A DNA stretch of 64,000 bases from Candidatus Cloacimonadales bacterium (GTDB lineage: Bacteria; Cloacimonadota; Cloacimonadia; Cloacimonadales; JAIOQZ01), in contig OY762463.1 in NCBI GenBank assembly GCA_963665815.1, positions 1,216,001 through 1,280,000 of the forward strand, in the 5' to 3' direction. The notes below the pieces were generated by a model. It had not been told where the DNA came from and ran no database searches. It saw nothing but the letters and a program-made list of their open reading frames with translations. The position numbers and the translations under genes are program-made. Shown here piece by piece: positions 20,645-29,477 of this stretch (within the stretch, counting starts at the first letter, position 1; each line of letters opens with the position of its first letter).

Positions 20645-20894
20645 GATAAACTCCTTTGTTTTTGTTGTTTTCAATTTGTAATACTCTACTATGAGTCTGA
20701 GTCTGCGAACTTTCCTGAGAATTTTAAATAAAATCCCAGTGCTGGCAGCTAAATCATTAAGGAGATTTGAATAACAGAAGGATATTTAGTCGCTAATTTG
20801 GTGGAAGTAGCAGCTATATGTTAAAGCGTTTTTATCAAAACAGGAATATCTGAAGAAAAAGATCTTGTTAGATTTAACAGAGCTACAAGCTCTT

Positions 20895-20920
20895 GTAGGA
20901 AACAATGATTATTGTTCTCT
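20895..20920 (+). repeat. REP-like palindrome 1 (GTAG-type)
   Basis: GTAGGAAACAATGATTATTGTTCTCT. Confidence 0.7.
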
Positions 20921-20993
20921 GTTTAGTTTCTGCTTGTAAGAAATACAGATTTCGTGAAGAATTCGCAGAATTATTCAGAAACTACGTTCGACT

Positions 20994-21551
20994 TTACACG
21001 CCTAAATTGACAAGAATATTCTCTCTTTGCTCTTTCTTCCAGTTTACCGGATTTTCATTTATATACGCTCTTATCTTTTCTAATGATTTCTGATTTCGTA
21101 CAATATGATCATAAAAGGATTTCTGCCATTGGAAATCTGGATAACCGTTTTCTCTCATGAATTTTGTCACTCCAATTTTAAAACCACGAATGATTGAAGA
21201 CAAAGATTTTGTTAGATATGATTGAACAACAGGTTCTTGTAGGGAACAATGATTATTGTTCCGTTTATAATCCTCACCTGCATTATCTATGAAAATTATT
21301 CCATGAATATGATTTGGCATGATAACAAAATCCCCCAAATTAACACATGGAAAGTGCTCTGGTATTTTAAGCCAGCAGTCTTTCGCATATAGCCCATGAG
21401 TATTCAATATCAATTTTTCGTTATGTATCACACTAAAATAATCAAATCTATCTTTTGTACACAATGTCACAAAGTAACATCCATTCGAAGAATAATCAAA
21501 ACGTTTTAGACGATTCAGTTTTCTTATGGGATATTGCTTTTTGCTGTCCAT
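20994..21551 (-). mobile_element. REP-associated tyrosine transposase (RAYT, HUH Y1)
   Basis: YFVTLCT, IMPNHIHGII, IIRGFK, WQKSFYDHIVRN, YINENP. Confidence 0.88.
21239..21264 (+). repeat. REP-like palindrome 2, inside the RAYT coding sequence
   Basis: GTAGGGAACAATGATTATTGTTCCGT. Confidence 0.75.
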
Positions 21552-21571
21552 GTTATTCTCACCCAATTTTT

Positions 21572-21597
21572 GCGGAACAATGATTATTGTTCCCTAC
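21572..21597 (-). repeat. REP-like palindrome 3, inverted, upstream of RAYT
   Basis: Minus strand reads GTAGGGAACAATAATCATTGTTCCGC. Confidence 0.75.
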
Positions 21598-21636
21598 GTT
21601 CGACGTTACACGTCGATATTGACAGGGATCTTTTCA

Positions 21637-22515
21637 TTACTTCTTCCTCTCACCAATTCTTATTTTGGTATACTTCATGTCTGTAACGTCAAGAACTTCA
21701 TTTCCATCACCAGAAATTCGCAGGTTATACTCGATTACTCCACCACCTCTGGTAAAAGAGACTATCAATTCTTTTGTCTTTATATCAAATACTCTAATTC
21801 TTCCTTTATAGCTGACAATAACCCTACCAGCCTGTTTGTTTGAGGGACAACCAGCACTTTTAATTGTCATAAGTTTTTTGCCCGTATCAACATCTACAAG
21901 ACTTCCTCCTTCACATACTAACATCGATCCATCTGCTGATCAGTATTTTGGAGAAAGGCTGCATCCTATTGACTCACTTGTTACTACACGTCCATCTTCG
22001 TATACCAGAGCAGAGCCAGAATCATCTGAAACCAAAAAGTATCCTGTATCCATTAGTTTCCAGTACTTCTGCTTTGGCTTTATATAATTGAATGTTTTAT
22101 AAGTGTATCCATCTCTTTTAATTACTATATCTCTAACTTTGTTATTCTCTAAAATATCTCCATAAGTCAAATATTTACCATACTTAGACCATCTCCACGC
22201 GAAATGAGTCCCCAGTTCAACCCTATTAATATTTGAGTCAAAGCTGGTTAAAGTTTGCCTGAATTCAGGATAATCAGGATTTGTACTAATTCTGATTGAA
22301 TGTAACTCAAAAAGTAGATCACCAGCACTGGTCTCCGTAGCCTGAGAAAGTTTGTACTCTCCAGTAAGTGGTTTATCAAAATACTTCTGTTTTAGAACAG
22401 TATAATTATGTGTTCCCTCTTTAGTTCTGTAGTTAAATCCACTGTCATACTCAATTTCCCCATTTAATAGTGCAACTATAAAGAAAGCTAATATGAAAAA
22501 TGTAATCTTCTTCAT
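21637..22515 (-). pseudogene. Secreted beta-propeller-like protein interrupted by an in-frame TGA at 21940-21942
   Basis: The two ORF-track ORFs are in frame: SLSPKY*SADGSMLV. Confidence 0.65.
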
Positions 22516-22618
22516 TATCTCATGCCTTAGATATCATATTTATTGCTTGTCAACTCATAAAAAATTTAATTTCGAGTACATTCAGAATGTGTGGAGAAGC
22601 GCATAAAAACTATGATTC

Positions 22619-22990
22619 CTACATCAACCCGGAAAACACATACAGAATTATTCCCATAACAGAAACAACAGCCATCAGAATCAGTGAAACACTGAATCGG
22701 TCGCTTTTTCTGCGAGCTCTTTTCTTGTTGATGATAAGCCCGATTACACTCACAATCAAGCCGAGAATCATAGTCAGGAACAAAACAAATGCCGTATCGG
22801 GGTTCCAGTCAGTATTCTTCTTCACATCATAAAAACGATCGAAAAATGTCACATTATCCGGTCTTGCCTTCTGATACAGAATCAGAGCAACAAACATTAT
22901 AGCCCAGCTTGCCATGGCAAACCAGCTTATCATTTTGAACCAGATATCTTTTCTGCGTCTTCTGTCTCTAAATCCTGATCTATGTTCCAT
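22619..22990 (-). CDS. Small 3-TM membrane protein, paralog of 4101-4535
   Basis: DRRRRKD..WF..ASWAI and INKKRARRKSDR. Confidence 0.75.
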   Translation of the reverse strand: MEHRSGFRDRRRRKDIWFKMISWFAMASWAIMFVALILYQKARPDNVTFFDRFYDVKKNTDWNPDTAFVLFLTMILGLIVSVIGLIINKKRARRKSDRFSVSLILMAVVSVMGIILYVFSGLM

Positions 22991-22995
22991 ACTGA

Positions 22996-25900
22996 CTAAA
23001 TCTTCCTTTCAATTTCTCTTCTTTTTTTACGAGACATAAAGTAGTACAGAATAGGCGTAACAGTCAACACAAAAATTGTTGAAGTCACCATTCCACCAAT
23101 CGTAGAAAATGCCAGCATCCTCCAGTAATCACCTGTTTCCATTTTCGTACTGAAAACCATTGGCATTAATCCGAGTATAGTTGTAAGGGATGTCATGATA
23201 ATTGGTGTAATCCTCTCTTTTGAAGCCTGGATCACAGCATGCAGCAGGTTTTTATATGAGTGATATTTAACAATATGCTGAACAAGTATTATGGAATTAT
23301 TTACAACAATTCCTGTAAGCAGGAGTAGTCCGACTCTCGCTGTTGGTTCAAACGCTGTATCAGTGATATAAAAAATCAATGCAATACCAATAAAAGCAAA
23401 TGGCAATGTCAGAATAATAATGAAAGGGTACAAAAAAGACTCAAATAATGAAGCAAGCACCATATATACAAGTATGATTGCAAATAGAAGAAGCATATTG
23501 ACCTGATTTTTATCTTCATCAAAGCTGGCATATCCCTGCTCTTTCTGAAACTTGAATCCTTCCGGTAAAGGATAGTTTTTTTTAACCCATTTTATAAAGC
23601 TTTGACTTTTTCTTCCGGATCCCCTGAAATCGAAGGATATGTTTCTTGTGTACATTTCATTGCTTCTGCTTATTGAAGGAAGTTTTTCCGTTTTCTCAAT
23701 TTCCGCTATTTCGGCAAGCTTGACAAAACCACCTGAGGAAACCGGAATTCTGAGTGATCTGAGATCTTCTATTGAGAACCTGTTATAGTTCTTGTCCTTT
23801 ATAAGAAATGAGTATGTCTTATCATTTATCTTCTTTGCAAAATTCTTGCTGTTCGAAGCTGCTTTTCCTGAAATATATCTGATAATCTCATATATATTCG
23901 TATTAAACTTAGCTATCATCTCTCTATTGAATTCTATTGTATATTCATAGAGTTTTCCACTGGAGTACCAACCTGTAGAATTAGGGTCGACATTAACAAC
24001 TCTTCTGGATGCTTTTTCGAGAAAAAGCCCGAAATGTTCTGCAACTTCTGTTAGCTGATCATACTCAAAACCGTTTATAGTAATTGTATGAGCACTCGAT
24101 GTTCCAAAACCGGTAGCTCCGAATGATGGTCCAAAACCGGATATCCTGATTCTGGAATTACCAAGATTAGTTGCAAAAGCCTTTAGTTTTTCACGTGTAA
24201 TCAAAGGATAAGAAGTCTGTTTTGTCTCTTCATCGAAATCAACTCGAATATAAGCATTTCTGTTCCTTACAGTTGTCTCATATGACACGATGCCTTCTGT
24301 TTTCTCCAACTGCTCTTCAAATTTCTCTGCCAGATAGTTTACCTGTTCAACCCGGGTTCCTACCGGTAACTCAATTCTGATAGCAATGTAGCTGTCATCA
24401 GGCCAGTTCCAGGTGTTACCTTTATAAACCTTTTCCTTGTAAATCCAGATTGAATAAGCAAGAAGTCCCAGTACGAGAACAATCCATATATACCTGAATT
24501 TAATGAGAAACTTCAGAACTTTCTGGTAAATTCTGATAAGTATGCTTTCACGCTTTATCTTTATTTTTTTGATTACTGAAGCAGAAGTATGTTTCATTAC
24601 AAAAGGTATGAATGTAAAAGCAACCAGTAATGAGCTGAGCAGCGAAAAGACTATTGCATAAACAAATGGCATATAGAATATCTTCATGTCTGCTTTGAGA
24701 TAAAGGAAAGGTCCAAACACAATTATTGTTGTGAATGTTGATGCTGCAAGCGACAATGATACTTCCTTCACTCCTTGAGTTATAGCAACATTCAAATTCT
24801 GTATCTTTCTATGCAGCCTGTTGATGTTTTCAAAAATCACAATTGAATTATCTACAATCATACCGAATCCGATAGTCAATCCGGCAAGCGACAGTGAATT
24901 TAAGCCTATCTTGAACACATATAGAGCAATTACTGCAAGTGATTCTGATATAAAGATAGATAATAATACGTATACTGAAGACTGAATTCTACGTAAAAAC
25001 AACAGAAGAACCACAAAAATAATCAGTATTGAATACGCACCTCTTTTGAACAGAATTACAAGTTCTTTTCTGATAATTTTTGATTCATCTTCAAGAAGTG
25101 ATATTGTAACGTCCTCTGGAAATGCCGATTCATTGTCTGCGATAAGTTCTTTTATTCTGTCTGACAAACTAAGTGTATTTGCTGTAGGCTCTTTACTTAT
25201 AGACAGCTTTACCTGCGGCAATCCGTTACATCTGGTATATGTAGAGTATTTGGAAAATCCCGCTTCAATATCCGCGATTTCAGATAGTTTACATGTTTCA
25301 CCGGAATTGAGAGTAATCATGAGATTTCGTATCTCATTGACAGATTCTATTCTGTCACTTAATTCGACAAAAAATTCCTTCTGTTCGAATTTTACACTAC
25401 CGGGTGTAAATCTGCTTCCAATACTGGAAACATTAGTAACAATAGTAGAAGGTGACACATCCACATTGTCATGAACCAAAATCTGTACTTGAGGATTTCG
25501 AGTTCCACTAATGTTAACACCTGCAACATCTTCTACAGCATAAATCTTGTTAAGAATCGCTCTATTAATGAATTCCTCAATCTCTTCAGGTTCGTATGGT
25601 CCGGAAAATCCATATCGCAGGAATTCCTTTTCTCTGAATTCTTCAGGAATATAATCACTTATTTCAGGGTTGACACCATCAGGCAGCATATCCTTTACTA
25701 ACTGAATTCTTTCATTTAGCAGGAACCTGACGTAATCCATATCTGCATCCCGAGCAAATTCCAGAGTAACAGATGAGTATTGAAAACCAGAGTAAGAATA
25801 CACATTAACTACATCAGGAATTGCTGCTGCAATCTCTTCAAGTATATAGGTTACATGCGATTCTACTTCTTCAGGTGACGCATCAAGCCAGGATGCTCTA

Positions 25901-26043
25901 ACGCTTAATCTTGGATAAGACAAATCCGGTTTCAGAGCTAGTGGAATGTTCAATACTGAAAACACAAAAAGAGCGATAATGACTAATAAAAGCATCACAA
26001 TCGTTACAGGTCTCTTAATTGCAAATTCAGGTAAACTCAGCAT
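22996..26043 (-). CDS. RND efflux permease (AcrB/MdtB-like)
   Basis: AIKRPVT, GMIVDNSIV, GIVVNNSI, RITPIIMT. Confidence 0.92.
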   Translation of the reverse strand: MLSLPEFAIKRPVTIVMLLLVIIALFVFSVLNIPLALKPDLSYPRLSVRASWLDASPEEVESHVTYILEEIAAAIPDVVNVYSYSGFQYSSVTLEFARDADMDYVRFLLNERIQLVKDMLPDGVNPEISDYIPEEFREKEFLRYGFSGPYEPEEIEEFINRAILNKIYAVEDVAGVNISGTRNPQVQILVHDNVDVSPSTIVTNVSSIGSRFTPGSVKFEQKEFFVELSDRIESVNEIRNLMITLNSGETCKLSEIADIEAGFSKYSTYTRCNGLPQVKLSISKEPTANTLSLSDRIKELIADNESAFPEDVTISLLEDESKIIRKELVILFKRGAYSILIIFVVLLLFLRRIQSSVYVLLSIFISESLAVIALYVFKIGLNSLSLAGLTIGFGMIVDNSIVIFENINRLHRKIQNLNVAITQGVKEVSLSLAASTFTTIIVFGPFLYLKADMKIFYMPFVYAIVFSLLSSLLVAFTFIPFVMKHTSASVIKKIKIKRESILIRIYQKVLKFLIKFRYIWIVLVLGLLAYSIWIYKEKVYKGNTWNWPDDSYIAIRIELPVGTRVEQVNYLAEKFEEQLEKTEGIVSYETTVRNRNAYIRVDFDEETKQTSYPLITREKLKAFATNLGNSRIRISGFGPSFGATGFGTSSAHTITINGFEYDQLTEVAEHFGLFLEKASRRVVNVDPNSTGWYSSGKLYEYTIEFNREMIAKFNTNIYEIIRYISGKAASNSKNFAKKINDKTYSFLIKDKNYNRFSIEDLRSLRIPVSSGGFVKLAEIAEIEKTEKLPSISRSNEMYTRNISFDFRGSGRKSQSFIKWVKKNYPLPEGFKFQKEQGYASFDEDKNQVNMLLLFAIILVYMVLASLFESFLYPFIIILTLPFAFIGIALIFYITDTAFEPTARVGLLLLTGIVVNNSIILVQHIVKYHSYKNLLHAVIQASKERITPIIMTSLTTILGLMPMVFSTKMETGDYWRMLAFSTIGGMVTSTIFVLTVTPILYYFMSRKKRREIERKI

Positions 26044-26054
26044 ATTTCTATCCG

Positions 26055-27104
26055 CTATATATCAGTAAGTCTCAGCTTACAGATTTCGTATTTTCCATTT
26101 TCGTTTTTCTTGAATCCGTAAATATCGTTGTTACTGAACATGATTTTCTCGTAAAAATCAACTCCAATCCTGCAATGACCAACTGCATTTCCATTACAAT
26201 GATACATATCGAAAAAGCGACCATCCTCATCCTGAGTCCTTACCCATAAATCAGTATCATGTCTGACACCAATAGATTCTATTGCATTGAAGTACATGTA
26301 TTCACCGTTAATTTCATTGCTGCTGACTGTCTGAAGAATATTACTTATATATCGTACATGTTTCACAGCATTTTTTATCTCTTCTTCAGTTCTCCTGACT
26401 CTTGAGTATTTTTTCTTAATTGTCCTCTCAAGTTCACCCTTGAAATTGTATTTTAGAATCTTGTATTCATCAATACTTCTCTCAACAATATAGACTCCAT
26501 CAGAACACACTTCAGAGATTAATGAACCGGTAAGATTGTAATTGTTCAGAGCTGAATAACTGCTGGATGATATTACATCTTCATTATTGAATCCTCTATC
26601 AACAAAGGAAACTTTGTTCTCAATTATTGATTCCTCTTCCAGAATAACAGGTTTGGCATAATTTATCAATTCTCTGTTTTCGATACTGTGCCTGCTGAAA
26701 ACTAAGTTTCCAAATGCAGAGCTAAATGTATCTTCAAGATTTCCACTCTCATTGAAATACAGAATCTCGTTTTTATAGCCATTAACTACAGCAAGAGAAT
26801 TTCTGACATGATCAACGAACATGCAGACAGGTCGATATTCTCCGTTTCCTTCAGAGTTATCAATAGTGAAAACCTGTTTACCAGTAAGATCATAACAGTA
26901 AATTATGTCCACAACAGGATCAAGAAACACAATTAAATCATTAAACAATAATGGATTATGAATATTCTCAAAAGTATCCTGCGATATCGCCTTCTCAACA
27001 ACAAGTCTATAGTTCGCAATATCTCTTTCGTGTTTTGCATTATCCGTGCAGGATACAAGCAATATAAAAGTTATCAGTAGAAGAAATTTCATAGCTGTCT
27101 TCAT
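26055..27104 (-). CDS. 6-bladed beta-propeller-like lipoprotein
   Basis: Lipobox LVSC (start 27104, GGAG RBS); repeated YDLTGK/FNESGN/YNFKGE blade motifs. Confidence 0.6.
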   Translation of the reverse strand: MKTAMKFLLLITFILLVSCTDNAKHERDIANYRLVVEKAISQDTFENIHNPLLFNDLIVFLDPVVDIIYCYDLTGKQVFTIDNSEGNGEYRPVCMFVDHVRNSLAVVNGYKNEILYFNESGNLEDTFSSAFGNLVFSRHSIENRELINYAKPVILEEESIIENKVSFVDRGFNNEDVISSSSYSALNNYNLTGSLISEVCSDGVYIVERSIDEYKILKYNFKGELERTIKKKYSRVRRTEEEIKNAVKHVRYISNILQTVSSNEINGEYMYFNAIESIGVRHDTDLWVRTQDEDGRFFDMYHCNGNAVGHCRIGVDFYEKIMFSNNDIYGFKKNENGKYEICKLRLTDI

Positions 27105-27114
27105 GAAGTCTCCG

Positions 27115-28368
27115 TTAGAATTTCCCCAGTATTGATTCATTCTTCATGTTCTGAACATCAATTAACTGCTTTAGATAAGTCTGTTTGACTCTTGCTAAAT
27201 CTGTTTTTGCTGAAGTAAGACTATTCAAGGCATTCTTTAGTTCTAAAAAATCCAGAATACCTTTTTCGAATTTCAGTTTTGCCAGAGCACTCTTCTTCTC
27301 CAGCAATTTGATTTTATCTTCCCTTATAATTATTTCTTTCACTGTTGCATTCAATAGATTAATCATGTCATTATATTTGTTTTGCTGTTCTACCAGCAGC
27401 TCATTATATTCAAGCTTCTTTCTTTTAAAAGCGTTCCGTTGTATCATGAAATTGAAAAAACGGGAAGGAATATCAGTAAAAGGAATACTCATGTATATTG
27501 CATATGAATCCTGATCGGGCTCATCTACAAAATCTCCTGAAAACTTGTATTTTCTGGATTTCGCTTTTCTGAAACTGTAAGAAACACTGATATCCGGAAC
27601 AAAATATGACACTGCCTGATAGTAACCAAGCTTTTCTGCTTTCTGACCAAGAACATTACTCTTCAGTTCATAAGTATCATCAATATTGATTCCATTTGAA
27701 TGAACAGAGTATTCCATAGCAGGCATAGTGAACTCATCATGAGGTCCAAGATGTAAACCGGTTACTTTGTTTAATTCTTCTAAAACGCTCGTTAACTCAT
27801 TCTCTAACCTGTTTAATTCCAGTTCCATATTCTTTTCTTCAATCTGTGCCGAAAGCAGATCAAGCTCACTCCATTTACCTGATGAAATTGCCGTTTGCAG
27901 AAATGCAACCTGAGTACTGTAATAGTTCAGAGTTGCATTGTATTGAGCAATCTCGGATTTTAACTGAACAACATCTGCATAATATTTAATGAGCTTTATA
28001 ACTTCTGCTTTGTATATTTTGTTTTTTTCAAGTTTATACTGTTTTAACTGGTTTCTGGTAATAAAATAGTTGAAAAAGCGGGAATCGTTAAGATCATAAC
28101 TAAGGTAAAAATCCGAAGATCTCTGATATCCACTCGTTGTCACATTATCATATGTATTTTCGATAAATCTTCTGCTGTATGAAAATGAAGGCAAAAGAGA
28201 AAATACACTGTTGTAATTCCTGTATTTATAATCTTTCAGAAGAAGCCTGTCTCTTTTCAAACTGAAGGAGTTATCTTTCATGCTTTTAACACATGCATCA
28301 ATAGTTATGCTATTTAAACTCACTGCAAATAATACAATTAGAAAACCTGTTAAAATTATTCTCTTCAT
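27115..28368 (-). CDS. TolC-family outer-membrane factor
   Basis: Signal peptide, LLPSFS/FVPDIS, SGKWSELDLL, KFEKGILDFLEL. Confidence 0.8.
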   Translation of the reverse strand: MKRIILTGFLIVLFAVSLNSITIDACVKSMKDNSFSLKRDRLLLKDYKYRNYNSVFSLLPSFSYSRRFIENTYDNVTTSGYQRSSDFYLSYDLNDSRFFNYFITRNQLKQYKLEKNKIYKAEVIKLIKYYADVVQLKSEIAQYNATLNYYSTQVAFLQTAISSGKWSELDLLSAQIEEKNMELELNRLENELTSVLEELNKVTGLHLGPHDEFTMPAMEYSVHSNGINIDDTYELKSNVLGQKAEKLGYYQAVSYFVPDISVSYSFRKAKSRKYKFSGDFVDEPDQDSYAIYMSIPFTDIPSRFFNFMIQRNAFKRKKLEYNELLVEQQNKYNDMINLLNATVKEIIIREDKIKLLEKKSALAKLKFEKGILDFLELKNALNSLTSAKTDLARVKQTYLKQLIDVQNMKNESILGKF

Positions 28369-28406
28369 TTCACATTATCCCTTGATAAACTCAAAATTCT
28401 TATACC

Positions 28407-29477
28407 TTATAAAGGCTTATATCGGATTATAGCCTGTTCTTCATTATCAACCATGTAGATAAAACCTTTGTCATTTATGTAAAGATTGTTAGCTGATCGA
28501 TGAACAGGATATTTTTTCTTTATTACACCGTCACTTCCGTATACTTCCAGATATGAAAACGGCATACCTTCTTTATAATCTGCCTTGTTAGAGTCTCCCC
28601 AGACTAATGTAAGCACATAGATGTTTCCATCAGGAGATATTTCCGCAGCAGATGTAACATAATCAAAATCTAGAAATGTGGTTTCCCTTCCATTATTCAT
28701 CCCTTTTTTAAAAGCAACATCCTTCACATCAAAATCTAATTTCCTTGTAATCCTTGAATGAAGTCTATCTTCTCTGAAAACATCAATTTTGTTTTCAGCA
28801 TAAAATGCACTGATCACAGCACCATCCCGTACTGCTACTTCCGAAAGATTCTTTACGAAAGATTCCATCATCTGATCCGTTTTCACAGGTTCACCGAATC
28901 TTTTTTTAATCTTAAGACTATCTGAAACAACGTACAGGTAATTCTCCGCATAATCTCCGAACATCATCCCCTGATTTGTTGCAACAAGATAATCTGTTCC
29001 GTATGAAAAGATGAAACCTCCCTGATAGAAAGGTGATTTCATTGATCTGACATATTCACCATTCTTAGTGATCTCCAGAAATTTCTCATTCTCAGAATCC
29101 GCAATTATAATATTACCTTTTTCTGTAAAACACATATTGTTAGGCAGATTTACTTCACCAGGTCCCATGCCTTTACTGCAAAGCTGTGATACAAAATTAC
29201 CGGAAAAATCATACTTGTACAAAGCAGAACCTTTTTTATCCAGAATGTACACATTTCCGTCTTCATCCTCAAGGACATCTACAATGCTCTGAAAGTATAT
29301 ACTATCTTCAGGAGAACTTTCAAAAACAACATCCTGCACAATCAGAGAACTGTCTTCTACAGGAATATCATAGTTATTAATATATAGAACACCATCTTTC
29401 TCAGAAACATCCGCATGTGGTTTGCTGCAAGCAAACAACATGAAAGATAGCGTAAGGATAATCAGTAAATATCTCAT
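28407..29477 (-). CDS. 6-bladed (NHL-like) beta-propeller lipoprotein
   Basis: Lipobox LFAC; DEDGNVYILD, KGMGPGEV, GNIIIADS. Confidence 0.7.
   Translation of the reverse strand: MRYLLIILTLSFMLFACSKPHADVSEKDGVLYINNYDIPVEDSSLIVQDVVFESSPEDSIYFQSIVDVLEDEDGNVYILDKKGSALYKYDFSGNFVSQLCSKGMGPGEVNLPNNMCFTEKGNIIIADSENEKFLEITKNGEYVRSMKSPFYQGGFIFSYGTDYLVATNQGMMFGDYAENYLYVVSDSLKIKKRFGEPVKTDQMMESFVKNLSEVAVRDGAVISAFYAENKIDVFREDRLHSRITRKLDFDVKDVAFKKGMNNGRETTFLDFDYVTSAAEISPDGNIYVLTLVWGDSNKADYKEGMPFSYLEVYGSDGVIKKKYPVHRSANNLYINDKGFIYMVDNEEQAIIRYKPL

Noticed and set aside
20895-21635. CRISPR array
   Set aside because: Only three palindromes, irregularly spaced and in mixed orientation, with no cas genes; they fit REP-like elements.
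21940-21942. Alternative genetic code or selenocysteine at the in-frame TGA
   Set aside because: TGA terminates several intact genes in the window, and the context suggests Trp rather than a redox Cys/Sec.
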